A DNA stretch of 64,000 nucleotides from an uncultured Spirochaetota bacterium (lineage in GTDB: Bacteria > Spirochaetota > Brevinematia > Brevinematales > JAOACQ01). The notes beneath the pieces are model-generated. The model had not been told where the DNA came from, did no database searches, and saw only the letters and a list, made by a program, of their open reading frames with translations. The position numbers and the translations under genes are program-made. Position 1 is the stretch's first letter. Each line of letters opens with the position of its first letter. The stretch spans positions 128,001 to 192,000 of the forward strand of contig CAWAOD010000013.1 of assembly GCA_963783575.1 (NCBI GenBank), read 5' to 3'. Shown piece by piece: positions 53,279 to 63,806 of the stretch.

Positions 53279-54895
53279 CTAATCCAAGCTTTTTTGTTCT
53301 TCTTCCTTCAAAAGGTATTTTTTCGCCGCATCTAATAATTCTGCTATATAGCTGATACGATTGAGGTACTTTGATTGTCCCGTTGTTGATGTGCAAAGGC
53401 GTTTTAAATTGATTTTAAATTGAGTAAAAGTTCCGAATACGCGGATATCATTATACTCATTTTTTGAAGGAAGGAAAAGTGTTTTTACATCATCTATAAA
53501 AAGACGGGCTTTATCCAGTATTATGCCTTCCTTTGAGATACGGTAGTATTTTATAATAGTAGCGATTCTATCATACAGCCAGTAGGTGGATTTAATTATC
53601 ATTTGATCGGAAGTCCTGTAATTTGCTGTTTCTTTTGGGGAAATTTTTCCAGGCAGGATTACATCTTCGAAATTTGTACTTCTTGCATGGTCCGGTACAT
53701 CGAATTGATTGAACCCCAATTTATGATGAAGGATTTCCCCTTTTTCATTAACGATGGGGGCAAGATCGAATTTTAGCCTTTCTATGAACTTGGCCAATGC
53801 GGTATATAATTCAATAAAAAACCGTGAATCTATTATCCTTTCCTCCGGCACTTTTTTATCATTATCCGAAGGAGTTATTTTGGAGACGGATGGTTTATCA
53901 GAAATAATATTACTTGATGAAATGCCGCCGGTTTGAGGAGAATAATTAATGCCAGTCCTGATTTTTTTATTATTTCCGTATTCAAATAAATCCAGGAAAT
54001 AATCGAATATCCTTGAAAATATATCCCTTTCTAGCTCATCTATATCTGTTAGTCTAACCCGTCCTTCAATATATTCAATTTTACAGTTCATTGATGAAAA
54101 AAGAGGGGAGACTAGATCGATCGAGAAACAAATCAATATATCTTCCAATCTTTCTTTAAAGTTGCGGATTTTCTTTACAGGAGGGATTTCATTATTAAGG
54201 CTTACAACTGCCAGGCCATACTCCGTAAGTAAGATTTCCAGGTCTTTTATATAACCGTAAAGTCCGCCGATAAAACTTATAAGATGTCCCGATTTTAAAG
54301 GCGGTATATTTGAGCTTCTTGATAGTAAATATGAATCCTCAATAAAGTTACATATTGAATAAATATTTTCCAGATCCTGACAGTTGATTTCAATTACCTG
54401 GAGTTGTTCGGTCGACTTATTTTCAGCGGTTTTAATGCTTTCAATTATGGTTTTTAAATCATTTATGATTGATTTGAGTTCCTGGTTTATGGGTTGTATC
54501 TTCCCGCCGAAAAAATTTGTAAAAAAAACACCGTCCGGGGATTTAATTTCTTTAAAATAACCTATCAATAGATTTGCCTCGATTGAATTTCCGGGAACAG
54601 CATGGGACAGATTTTCGATTTTAATATTATCCTTATAAATCAAATCAGGGTATTTATCCGGATGAGCTTTATAATCAAGATCAAAAATAAATTTTTTGAT
54701 TGAATAAAAATATTTGCTTTTATATCTCTGTTTAAAATAATACTCGTTTTTTACGAAATCGATGATTTCCCGGCTTTCCCTGTTAAGAATTAATTCATTA
54801 TCAAAATGAAAATAATAAAAAGACATTTTTTGTATTATTTCTTTTAATAACAAATAAATTTGCTTTGGTGCGGCGGCCTGTTCCATTGATAACAT
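53279..54895 (-). CDS. Hypothetical protein
   Basis: 538-aa ORF with no recognised motif. Confidence 0.75.
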   Translation of the reverse strand: MLSMEQAAAPKQIYLLLKEIIQKMSFYYFHFDNELILNRESREIIDFVKNEYYFKQRYKSKYFYSIKKFIFDLDYKAHPDKYPDLIYKDNIKIENLSHAVPGNSIEANLLIGYFKEIKSPDGVFFTNFFGGKIQPINQELKSIINDLKTIIESIKTAENKSTEQLQVIEINCQDLENIYSICNFIEDSYLLSRSSNIPPLKSGHLISFIGGLYGYIKDLEILLTEYGLAVVSLNNEIPPVKKIRNFKERLEDILICFSIDLVSPLFSSMNCKIEYIEGRVRLTDIDELERDIFSRIFDYFLDLFEYGNNKKIRTGINYSPQTGGISSSNIISDKPSVSKITPSDNDKKVPEERIIDSRFFIELYTALAKFIERLKFDLAPIVNEKGEILHHKLGFNQFDVPDHARSTNFEDVILPGKISPKETANYRTSDQMIIKSTYWLYDRIATIIKYYRISKEGIILDKARLFIDDVKTLFLPSKNEYNDIRVFGTFTQFKINLKRLCTSTTGQSKYLNRISYIAELLDAAKKYLLKEEEQKSLD

Positions 54896-55237
54896 CCTAA
54901 AAGATTAAACGTAATTCTTGATTAATGAAAAGAATCCCTAAATTGTAACTAAATTTATTAAGTAAATCAATATTATTGAAGCCATAGTAATCAATATTCC
55001 TTGTAAAACCGAATTTTTGATTTAATAAAAAGTATATTTTATTATTATAATCGGATTAAACAGCATAATTTTTACAACAACTGTTTTTTTATATTGACAT
55101 ATTTTTAGAAATTAAGTATATTTATCCTTCAATTAATTATTTTTTCAATTGATTGAATATCTTTTATTATAACCATCGGTGATAAAGCAGATTATTAAAC
55201 CGATTTAATTTTAATATTTTATGAAAAGGAGGAAAAA

Positions 55238-55396
55238 ATGGATAAGTATGTTTGTGATGTTTGCGGATATGAATATGATCCGGCGGTCGGAGACCCGGAT
55301 TCCGGGATTAAACCCGGGACAAAGTTTGAGGATTTACCGGCGAATTGGCTATGTCCGGTTTGCGGTGCCGCTAAAGATCAGTTTTCAAAAGTTTAA
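55238..55396 (+). CDS. Rubredoxin (52 aa; absent from the ORF track)
   Basis: [15 protein letters not shown]...[22 protein letters not shown]. Confidence 0.95.
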   Translation: MDKYVCDVCGYEYDPAVGDPDSGIKPGTKFEDLPANWLCPVCGAAKDQFSKV

Positions 55397-55434
55397 AATC
55401 TGGTTAAAAGAAAAATTGATCGATAGGAGGTTTT

Positions 55435-55842
55435 ATGCTGTTATTTGAATGGAATGATAATTATAGTGTTAATGTAAAAGAATTTGACAACCAACATAAA
55501 AAGCTTATTGATCTTATTAATGAACTTTTCGAAGCTATGAAAAGCGGCAGAGGAAAAATTATTCTTGAAAAAGTTTTCCTTGATTTAATTGAATATACTA
55601 AGGTGCATTTTTCAGCTGAAGAAAAACTCATGAATCAATATGATTATCCGGACAAAACTGTTCACATTAATGCACATAATGAATTAACCGGTAAAGTTAT
55701 TGAATTGCAGACGGAATTTAAAAACGGGAAAATATTTATTTCAATAGATACAATGAACTTCCTGAAAGACTGGCTGACAAAGCATATTCTTGGAATGGAC
55801 AAAAATTACAGCAGTTTTTTTAATAGTAAAGGTATAAAATAA
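55435..55842 (+). CDS. Bacteriohemerythrin
   Basis: WNDNYSV, DNQHKKL, HFSAEE, HxxxH, WLTKHILGMD. Confidence 0.93.
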   Translation: MLLFEWNDNYSVNVKEFDNQHKKLIDLINELFEAMKSGRGKIILEKVFLDLIEYTKVHFSAEEKLMNQYDYPDKTVHINAHNELTGKVIELQTEFKNGKIFISIDTMNFLKDWLTKHILGMDKNYSSFFNSKGIK

Positions 55843-55866
55843 ACTAAAATTAGAAGGGGGAATACA

Positions 55867-56457
55867 ATGGCTAATTTGAAAGGTACAAAGACAGCGGAAA
55901 ATTTATTAAAGGCATTTGCCGGTGAATCTCAGGCAAGGAACCGCTATACATTTTATGCTTCTCAGGCAAAAAAAGAAGGTTTTTTGCAGATTGAGTCAAT
56001 TTTTCTTGAAACCGCTGAAAATGAAAAAGAGCATGCCAAGCTCTACTATAAACACCTGACACAAAATCTGGATCCTGATTCTATGCAGGAAATCCAGGCG
56101 GGTTATCCTGTCGCATTGAGCGGGAACACTGTAAATAACCTATCCAGTGCGGCAGCAGGTGAGCATGAGGAATGGGTAAAACTTTATCCCGAATTTGCGA
56201 ATACTGCCGATCGCGAGGGCTTTACCGAGATTGCCACCACATTCCGGAATATAGCAAAGGTTGAAGAAAGGCATGAGGCTAGATATAAAAAGCTTGCCGA
56301 TAATATTAAAAAGAATTCGGTGTTTAAAAAAGATGTTAAAGTATTCTGGATATGCAGGAATTGCGGACATATTATCGAATCAAAGGAAGCGCCTCAAAAA
56401 TGTCCGGTTTGTCAGCACCCGCAGGCGTATTTTCAGCTCTTTGTCGAAAATTATTGA
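55867..56457 (+). CDS. rbr: Rubrerythrin
   Basis: AFAGESQARNRY, EKEH, EERH, C-terminal CRNCG...CPVC. Confidence 0.95.
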   Translation: MANLKGTKTAENLLKAFAGESQARNRYTFYASQAKKEGFLQIESIFLETAENEKEHAKLYYKHLTQNLDPDSMQEIQAGYPVALSGNTVNNLSSAAAGEHEEWVKLYPEFANTADREGFTEIATTFRNIAKVEERHEARYKKLADNIKKNSVFKKDVKVFWICRNCGHIIESKEAPQKCPVCQHPQAYFQLFVENY

Positions 56458-56463
56458 CCATTG

Positions 56464-56586
56464 TGCCCATGCGGCATCGCTGCCGAACTGGCGTTCGGCT
56501 GTCTGTTGAATCTTGGGTGGCCCTCATGTAGCATCCGTGCTCCACTTCTGGCTTTGTAACGTCGTGTAGCTATAGTTATTATTGCG
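56464..56586 (+). repeat. Three-hairpin dispersed repeat, copy 5 (long form)
   Basis: GCCGAAC-tggc-GTTCGGC, AGCA-tccg-TGCT; 3' extension ctccactt...tcgtg.agct...attgcg shared with 34063. Confidence 0.7.
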
Positions 56587-56593
56587 CATCCAT

Positions 56594-56742
56594 GAGTTCA
56601 CTGAAAATCAGCATAAATCTTAAAATGTTTAATAAACAGTATTTTATTATCGTCCTATCCTATTTTATAACAATGAGTTATAAATACAATTAGAAACGGT
56701 TAGTAATAGTTTTCAAATTTTAACTCATTTTTCAGTGAACCC
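56594..56742. mobile_element. 149-bp MITE, copy 2
   Basis: GAGTTCACTGAAAA...TTTTCAGTGAACCC; ATCCAT duplicated on both sides. Confidence 0.9.
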
Positions 56743-56802
56743 ATCCATGCTCGGTTGGTGAGCTTGTCGAACCATCAGGGCAGGCGCAATAGGGATGCAT
56801 TA

Positions 56803-57828
56803 CTATGCATCTCTACAATGCGCAACATTTCTCATTTCTTCGGCGGCTTTTTCCGGCATTACAGGATTTACATACAAGCCACCGGCATATTCAAGGCCGC
56901 CTTTACGCTTTATTTGTGGGATTACGCTCAAATACCAGTGGAAATAATAGCTTTCTCTTTCAAAATGCGCGAGTGATTGTATAACAAAATTAAAATCCGG
57001 ATTTCGAAGAAGGAAAAACATCTTGCCAAACGCGGTTTTCATACAGTCGGCCAATGATTCGATAATTGCTCCGGAAATTAATGAGAACGAAGGGCTGTGT
57101 TTTTTCGGAACAATCCAGAAATGATATGGGGAAAGATCGGCATAGGGCATAAGGCATATAAAGCTGTCGTTTTCATAAATGATTCTTTTCATTTCTATCA
57201 ATTCATCTTTTAAAATATCGCAAAGGAGGCAATTGTCATTTAAATCATGATACCTTTCCGCCTCTCTGAGCCGGTTATTTGTCTCGAATGGTATAACCGG
57301 CAGTCCATAAATTTGTGAGTGCGGATGCTCAAGCGACCCGCCTGCTTTTATTCCCTGGTTTTTAAAAACCACGATATGCCTGATTTTTTCATTTTTCTGA
57401 AGCTGTTTATATCTTTGCTGATAAGCATCGATCAGATCCACGATTTCTTTTTGCTCCATAAGGGCGATTGTAGTATTATGCCTGGGATTGTCTATTATAA
57501 CATCATGAACCCCGAACCCGTTGATTTCTTTCCGAAGGGAATGCTTTTTTTTTGAAAGATCCGCATGCCTGTCCACGCTTGAGTATTTGTTCTCAATAAT
57601 CCTGACCTTCCAGCCTTCATTGTTATCAATTCTTAAGATTTCATTATTTTCAGTTGATTCGTTTCCACGGCAGAAAGGGCAATGTTCTTTATATTGCGGG
57701 CGCTCGGAAAGAATTTTTATATTATCGGTTTCATGTTCATGGCCCTTCAATTCAATCGGCCTCTCCGCTCTGTTTGGAGCAAAAATAACCCAGTCATTTG
57801 TAATCATATTTTTTCTGAATACAGACAT
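56803..57828 (-). CDS. galT: Galactose-1-phosphate uridylyltransferase
   Basis: WVIFAPNRAERP, CPFC, FKNQG, SLEHPHSQ. Confidence 0.9.
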   Translation of the reverse strand: MSVFRKNMITNDWVIFAPNRAERPIELKGHEHETDNIKILSERPQYKEHCPFCRGNESTENNEILRIDNNEGWKVRIIENKYSSVDRHADLSKKKHSLRKEINGFGVHDVIIDNPRHNTTIALMEQKEIVDLIDAYQQRYKQLQKNEKIRHIVVFKNQGIKAGGSLEHPHSQIYGLPVIPFETNNRLREAERYHDLNDNCLLCDILKDELIEMKRIIYENDSFICLMPYADLSPYHFWIVPKKHSPSFSLISGAIIESLADCMKTAFGKMFFLLRNPDFNFVIQSLAHFERESYYFHWYLSVIPQIKRKGGLEYAGGLYVNPVMPEKAAEEMRNVAHCRDA

Positions 57829-57944
57829 AATTCCCCCTCTGTGTCGGCCGAAAGTTATAAATAAAAAATCAATTGAGGTCTATTCTCAAATTATCTTTTA
57901 TTGTATATCATTTTTAATTTTTTTGGAATTATTTTGAAATACTC

Positions 57945-58000
57945 TTGACAGAAAATCTAAAATTAATTATACTATACTCTCAGTATAAACTAAGAGTTTA
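57945..58000 (+). promoter_or_regulatory. Sigma-70 promoter with tandem palindromic operator for the TetR regulator
   Basis: TTGACA-17 nt-TATACT, followed by TATACT-ctc-AGTATA and TAAACT-aag-AGTTTA. Confidence 0.7.
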
Positions 58001-58034
58001 ATATTTAAGTATAATAAATATTGCAGGGAAAAAT

Positions 58035-58682
58035 ATGGATGGAATAAAACCTGTTGAACTGACTAAAGAAAAAATTCTTAATGCGGCCCGGGATGAATTC
58101 ATAGAAAAGGGTTATGAAAAAGCAAAAATGGAAGATATAGCAAAAAGAGCGGGTCTGACAAAAGTCATGCTTTATTATCATTTCAACAGCAAAGAAAATA
58201 TTTTAAAAGAGATCATTATTAAAACGGTTGATTTGGCAAAATCGGGATTTAACGAGGAATTCAGCAGCCTCACCGATATGTACCATTTCAATTTTAATAT
58301 TGTTAAAACCAAGATTGAAAATATACTTAAACCCAACCTTGAGATAATTAAATTAATTATTATCGAGAATATCAAAGGGAATTTAAATGAATTGATAATC
58401 CTGGAGCCTTTGAGGAATTTCTTTGATAATATGATTAACATGTTTGAAAAGGCGGGAATTAAGATTAAAGACAGGGAAGAATTATATATAAAAATATTTT
58501 TCTTTCAAACTGCCCCGCTGCTGTTTAATTTGATATTTTCCACAAAGTTTAATCATGATTTTAACATTCCAAGCGGAAAAACAGATATGGTTTTTTCTGA
58601 AAAATTTGTGGATAGTTTTGCGGCATCAATAAAAAAGTCTTCGACCGGATTGATTTCGCGGAAAAAATTAAAGAAGAAATAA
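58035..58682 (+). CDS. TetR/AcrR family regulator
   Basis: ILNAARDEFIEKGY...IAKRAGLTKVMLYYHFNSKE. Confidence 0.93.
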   Translation: MDGIKPVELTKEKILNAARDEFIEKGYEKAKMEDIAKRAGLTKVMLYYHFNSKENILKEIIIKTVDLAKSGFNEEFSSLTDMYHFNFNIVKTKIENILKPNLEIIKLIIIENIKGNLNELIILEPLRNFFDNMINMFEKAGIKIKDREELYIKIFFFQTAPLLFNLIFSTKFNHDFNIPSGKTDMVFSEKFVDSFAASIKKSSTGLISRKKLKKK

Positions 58683-58746
58683 CTATTTTGATATTTAATA
58701 AAGTGTTTTTACTTTTTATATAATAAAGCCTGTCCGGAGGAAAACA

Positions 58747-59544
58747 ATGAAGACAATTATACCTATCGGGATTGTGGTCTTGGTGCTTATTGCCGCCACA
58801 TTTTATTTTGAGTATTTCAGGTATCAGGGTGAAAGTAAAACCAGAATAGAAGGTTCCGGTACATTTGAAGTTACTGAAATCGATATCAGTTCTAAAATCT
58901 CAGGCAGGGTGGCCGAACTACCTTTCGATGAGGGCAGTTTTGTCAGGAAAAATGATCTTCTTGTAAAATTGGAATACAATGAATTAAAAGCCCAGAAGAA
59001 TTCCGCATCGGCAAATCTTACAAATGCGGAAGAAAATTTGACCAGGATCAGAACTTTGTATGATGCTGGATCAGCTTCAAAGCAAAGCCTTGATAATGCC
59101 GATGCAAATTATAAGGTCGCTAAATCCGAACTTGATTTAATAAATGCAAATATTCAGGATGCAGTCATTACTTCACCTATTGACGGTGTTGTGCTGAATA
59201 AGAATCTCGAGATCGGAGAAACTGCTTTTCCCGGTTCTGCAATAATGACAATGGCAGACATCCGGAAACCATGGATAAAGATTTATGTGGATGAGAAAAA
59301 ACTTGGCCTTGTCAAGCTTGGGCAGGAAGCCAGAATTAAAGTTGATTCTTTCCCCGGTACAAATTTTTCCGGAGTTGTTATTAATATCGCAAACCAGGCC
59401 GAGTTTACGCCAAAAACGATTCAGACAAAGGATGAAAGGGTTAAACTAATGTTTGCCGTAAAAATTTCTGTGGACAATCCCGAACTTAAGCTTAAACCGG
59501 GAATGCCTGCCGATGTTGAAATTATAACGGAGGCCTCCAATTGA
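58747..59544 (+). CDS. HlyD-family membrane fusion protein (YbhG-like)
   Basis: N-terminal TM, SPIDGVV, AEFTPKTIQTKDER, LKPGMP. Confidence 0.92.
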   Translation: MKTIIPIGIVVLVLIAATFYFEYFRYQGESKTRIEGSGTFEVTEIDISSKISGRVAELPFDEGSFVRKNDLLVKLEYNELKAQKNSASANLTNAEENLTRIRTLYDAGSASKQSLDNADANYKVAKSELDLINANIQDAVITSPIDGVVLNKNLEIGETAFPGSAIMTMADIRKPWIKIYVDEKKLGLVKLGQEARIKVDSFPGTNFSGVVINIANQAEFTPKTIQTKDERVKLMFAVKISVDNPELKLKPGMPADVEIITEASN

Positions 59545-60458
59545 TTGAAGTCAGGGATGTTTCAAAAAAATATGGGGGAAAACAGGCGGTCCGTTCGATT
59601 AATTTTTCTGTAAATACCGGAGAGATTTTCGGTATTGTCGGTCCGGACGGTGCAGGTAAAAGCACGCTGATGAGGCTTATGTCGTCTATTCTTGAGCCGG
59701 ATTCCGGTTCAATCTTGATAGATGGAATAAATATTTTCAAAAACAGGTTTGTTATTAAAGAAAATCTTGCTTATATGCCGCAAAGATTCGGTCTTTATGA
59801 GGACCTGACGGTGGAAGAGAATATACATTTTTTCGGGAAGCTTTTCGGGGTTTCCGGGAAGGAAAGAATAAAAAGGGAAAAGAAACTTTATGAATTCAGC
59901 CATCTGGAACCTTTCAAAAAGAGGCTTGCCGGAAAACTCTCAGGCGGTATGAAGCAGAAACTGGGGCTTGCCTGTTGTCTGATCCACAGTCCCGGGGTTA
60001 TCCTTCTCGATGAACCGACAAACGGCGTTGATCCTGTTTCAAGAAGGGAATTCTGGAAGATTCTCTATGACCTTTTAGGCGAAGGAGTGTCGATTGTTGT
60101 AAGTACGGCTTACCTGGATGAGGCTGAAAGGTGCAACAGGGTTGCTTTTATGTATGAAGGCAAATTCATAAGGACCGGTACGCCGCTTGAAATAAAGCAG
60201 AGCATCAGTGAAAAATTTATTGTGTTTACAACATCGGATCCCAGACAGACCGAAATCTTACTGCATGAGGAACCGGATTACGGCGGCATAATATTAACCG
60301 GCTCCAGCCTTCGTATCTTTGTGGATGAGGCGGAACCGGTAAAAGAAAGAATTACACAAATTTTATCCGAAAAAGGAATAAAAGTTTTATCATTTATGGA
60401 AACAGTTCCAACCCTTGAGGATTGTTTTGTTGACATTGCGGCAAAAGGGGGCATTTAG
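59541..60458 (+). CDS. ABC transporter ATP-binding protein
   Basis: GPDGAGKS, LSGGMKQK, LLDEPT. Confidence 0.95.
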   Translation: MIEVRDVSKKYGGKQAVRSINFSVNTGEIFGIVGPDGAGKSTLMRLMSSILEPDSGSILIDGINIFKNRFVIKENLAYMPQRFGLYEDLTVEENIHFFGKLFGVSGKERIKREKKLYEFSHLEPFKKRLAGKLSGGMKQKLGLACCLIHSPGVILLDEPTNGVDPVSRREFWKILYDLLGEGVSIVVSTAYLDEAERCNRVAFMYEGKFIRTGTPLEIKQSISEKFIVFTTSDPRQTEILLHEEPDYGGIILTGSSLRIFVDEAEPVKERITQILSEKGIKVLSFMETVPTLEDCFVDIAAKGGI

Positions 60459-60459
60459 A

Positions 60460-61611
60460 ATGAAATTGATCCGGTCATTTATAAGAATCGGCGCTATTGC
60501 CGAAAAAGAGTGGATTCAGATACGAAGGGACGCGCGTAGTCTCATCCTATCAGTTTTCCTGCCGGCTTTTCTCCTCCTGCTTTTCGGTTATGCCCTGACA
60601 ATGGATGTCAAGCATGTCAGTACAATTATCTGGGACCAGAATAAGACCGTATTTTCCAGGGAGCTTCTTGAAAAATTTTCCCATACCGAATATATCGATA
60701 TTTTTCAATATACTGATAATTACAGGGATATCGACAAATCTATAAATAACGGGAAAGCCGTAATGGCGATAATCATCCCGGCTGATTTTGAGCAGAAGTA
60801 CAAATCGGGTAAAAACGCCGATATCCAGCTGATTGTCGACGGCTCGGATTCCACTTCCGCCACGGTTGCGATCGGTTATATCAAATTGATACTCTTTAAT
60901 TTCAATAATCAATTGAAGGTTTCCGAATTAAATAAAGACGGTATTTCGGATGTTCATTTGCCCGTTGATGTCAGGAGCAGGATCTGGTATAACTCCGAGC
61001 TAAAAAGTAAAAATTTTATAGTGCCGGGCCTGATCGTAATTATTATGGCTATAATCTCCGCCCTTATAACATCACTTACGATTTCCAGGGAATGGGAAAG
61101 AGGAACAATGGAAACTCTCATCACAACACCTGTAAGGAAGTATGAGGTTTATTTCGGAAAATTGATCCCGTATATTTTTATCGGGTTGTTTGATGTTATT
61201 CTGGCCGTTTCGGCGGGATTCTTTGTTTTCAATGTCCCGATCCGGGGAAATTTTATTGAATTGTACCTTGTAGCTCTTCTATTCTTAATCGGTACTTCAA
61301 GCCTTGGGATAATGATATCATCAGCGACAAGGTCGCAGGTTCTGTCGGTACAGGTTGCCATTATCAGCACTTTCCTTCCTTCGATAATATTGTCAGGCTA
61401 TGTTTTTCCAATTAAGAATATGCCGGTAATTGTTCAGGCAGTCACATATCTTGTCCCGGCAAAGTATCTTATAATGTATATGAAGGGGATTGTCCTGAAA
61501 GGCATTGGGTATAAAATTCTCTGGGTACAGATTATATTTTTATTTTTATATGCCTTACTGACCGGCATTATAAGTATGAGAAGGCTGTCTTTCAAATTAC
61601 CCGATAAATAG
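60460..61611 (+). CDS. ABC-2 type permease (YbhS-like)
   Basis: KEWIQIRRD, LFGYA, REWERGTME. Confidence 0.92.
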   Translation: MKLIRSFIRIGAIAEKEWIQIRRDARSLILSVFLPAFLLLLFGYALTMDVKHVSTIIWDQNKTVFSRELLEKFSHTEYIDIFQYTDNYRDIDKSINNGKAVMAIIIPADFEQKYKSGKNADIQLIVDGSDSTSATVAIGYIKLILFNFNNQLKVSELNKDGISDVHLPVDVRSRIWYNSELKSKNFIVPGLIVIIMAIISALITSLTISREWERGTMETLITTPVRKYEVYFGKLIPYIFIGLFDVILAVSAGFFVFNVPIRGNFIELYLVALLFLIGTSSLGIMISSATRSQVLSVQVAIISTFLPSIILSGYVFPIKNMPVIVQAVTYLVPAKYLIMYMKGIVLKGIGYKILWVQIIFLFLYALLTGIISMRRLSFKLPDK

Positions 61612-61620
61612 AGGAAAATC

Positions 61621-62772
61621 ATGATCCGATGGAATATAATTTTTTCTTTTGTTAAGAAAGAGTTCAAGCAGATGCTTCGCGATCCCAGGATGCGTCTGGT
61701 TCTCTTTGCCGCGCCTGTAATTATGCTGCTCCTCTTTGGGTATGCGGTAAGCACTGATGTGCAGAATGTGAACATGGTCATTCAGGATGATGATCAGACC
61801 CAGCAATCAAGGGCGTTAATCGAGAAATTCACATCCTCGAAATATTTTTTGCCTTACGCTTATATCAAATCCGATGCAGATGTTCAATCCTACATAGATA
61901 CCGGCAAAGCGGAAGTATTTCTTCATATTGAAAAAGATTTTTCAAAAAAGATCCGCTCCGGTAAAACAACTGCCGTCCAGCTTATTGTTGACGGAACTGA
62001 TTCGGGAAGGGCGGCGGTAATTGTGTCCTATGTCAATATTATAACCTCGGGCTTTTCAATGGATTTTCTGCAGACCAGGATCCGTTCGCTGATGCTGAGC
62101 AAACAAATCAATTCGGCTTCACTTAATAAAAATATTGAGCTGAAAGAAAGGATTCTTTTCAATCCGGAACTGACAAGCAAGAATTTTTTTCTTCCCAGCG
62201 TTCTTGCGCTTCTGGTTTCAATGGTTACGATAACGCTGACCTCCATGTCAATTGTCAAGGAAAGGGAAACCGGTACCGTGGAGCAGATAATTGTTTCGCC
62301 GATGCACCCGATGGAACTTATTGCCGGCAAGACAATACCTTTCGCCCTTGTCAGCTTTGTAATTGTTTTTTTCATTACGCTGATAACGATATTCTGGTTT
62401 AAGGTGCCATTCCGCGGAAGCTTTTTGTTTTTGATGTTATCCGGTTTTATCTATATATTTTCCACAATTTCCGTGGGACTTTACCTCTCTACAATTTCAA
62501 AAACCCAGCAGCAGGCTCTACTGTCAACCTTTCTTTTTTTCCTTCCGTCCCAGCTTTTTTCGGGCTTTGTTTTCCCGATCTATGCTATGCCCGTTGTTAT
62601 GCAGTGGATAACCCTGGTTAATCCGATGCGCTATTATATAGAAATTATCAGGGGTATATTTCTAAAAGGAATAGGAATTGATATACTGTGGAGAGACATT
62701 CTGATGCTGACTATCCTAGGGGCCGTATTGTTCTTTCTAAGCTCCAGAAGGGTCAGCAGGAGACTTGAGTAG
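61621..62772 (+). CDS. ABC-2 type permease (YbhR-like)
   Basis: KEFKQMLRD, LFGYA, KERETGTVEQ, NPMRY. Confidence 0.92.
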   Translation: MIRWNIIFSFVKKEFKQMLRDPRMRLVLFAAPVIMLLLFGYAVSTDVQNVNMVIQDDDQTQQSRALIEKFTSSKYFLPYAYIKSDADVQSYIDTGKAEVFLHIEKDFSKKIRSGKTTAVQLIVDGTDSGRAAVIVSYVNIITSGFSMDFLQTRIRSLMLSKQINSASLNKNIELKERILFNPELTSKNFFLPSVLALLVSMVTITLTSMSIVKERETGTVEQIIVSPMHPMELIAGKTIPFALVSFVIVFFITLITIFWFKVPFRGSFLFLMLSGFIYIFSTISVGLYLSTISKTQQQALLSTFLFFLPSQLFSGFVFPIYAMPVVMQWITLVNPMRYYIEIIRGIFLKGIGIDILWRDILMLTILGAVLFFLSSRRVSRRLE

Positions 62773-62794
62773 CAAGATATAATGGAGGGATGCT

Positions 62795-63730
62795 TTGGAT
62801 AAAGCTGTTGATGTTGAGGGGCTTTTAAAAAAATTCGGTCATTTTACGGCTGTCGATCATATATCATTTTCGGTGGAAAAAGGGGAAATTTTCGGATTTC
62901 TCGGCCCGAACGGAGCCGGGAAAAGCACTACTATTAAAATGCTTTGCGGAATTCTTCTTCCGTCGTCCGGGAAGGGGCATGTAGCAGGTTTCGACATAAT
63001 TAAAGAACAGGAAAAAATTAAAACGATAATCGGCTATATGTCGCAAAAATTTTCGCTTTATGACGATTTGACGATTGAGGAAAATCTTGATTTCTTCGGC
63101 AGTATTTACGGCTTGAAGGGAAAATTCCTTAAAAACAGGATTAATGAAATCCTGGGTATAATTGGAATTAAAGAAGACAAGGATACTATGGTAAACAGTC
63201 TTCCGATAGGGATCAAACAGAGGCTCGCGCTTGGAGGCGCTATCCTTCATGACCCTCCGGTATTGTTCCTGGACGAACCGACATCCGGCGTTGATCCGAT
63301 CATGAGGAGGAATTTTTGGGACCTGATATATGAATTTTCCAGCCGGGGAAAAACAATTTTTGTCACGACTCATTATATGGATGAAGCCGAGCATTGCGAC
63401 AGGATCGCTCTTGTTATTGCCGGTAAAATAATCGCACTTGATACACCGGCGGGGTTAAAACAAACCCTGCCTTATGATGTTTATTCTTTAAAAACCGAAA
63501 AATTTATCGAAGTTTTCGATATGGTTTCCAGGTATGAGTTTGTCCATGAAGCCGCCATATTCGGAAGCGACATTCATATTTTATGTAACAAAGACTTCCC
63601 TCTGAAAAAAGAGCTGGATGCGGTTATAAATAGTTCCAGAACGGGGAATTATATTCTTGAAAAAATTCCGCCGACTCTCGAGGATGTTTTTGTAACAAAC
63701 GCGAGAGCTTATGGAAATGGGACCAAATAA
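62795..63730 (+). CDS. ABC transporter ATP-binding protein
   Basis: GPNGAGKS, LPIGIKQR, FLDEPTSGVDP, TTHYMDEAE. Confidence 0.95.
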   Translation: MDKAVDVEGLLKKFGHFTAVDHISFSVEKGEIFGFLGPNGAGKSTTIKMLCGILLPSSGKGHVAGFDIIKEQEKIKTIIGYMSQKFSLYDDLTIEENLDFFGSIYGLKGKFLKNRINEILGIIGIKEDKDTMVNSLPIGIKQRLALGGAILHDPPVLFLDEPTSGVDPIMRRNFWDLIYEFSSRGKTIFVTTHYMDEAEHCDRIALVIAGKIIALDTPAGLKQTLPYDVYSLKTEKFIEVFDMVSRYEFVHEAAIFGSDIHILCNKDFPLKKELDAVINSSRTGNYILEKIPPTLEDVFVTNARAYGNGTK

Positions 63731-63806
63731 GGCATTTTGAAATATTTTTTTACTTCAAACGTCATAATTACGGGTATTATTAAAATTTTATTGAGGAGAT
63801 ATTAAT

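Noticed and set aside
55221..55448. 75-aa [10 protein letters not shown]...
   Set aside because: Out-of-frame shadow of the rubredoxin at 55238-55396
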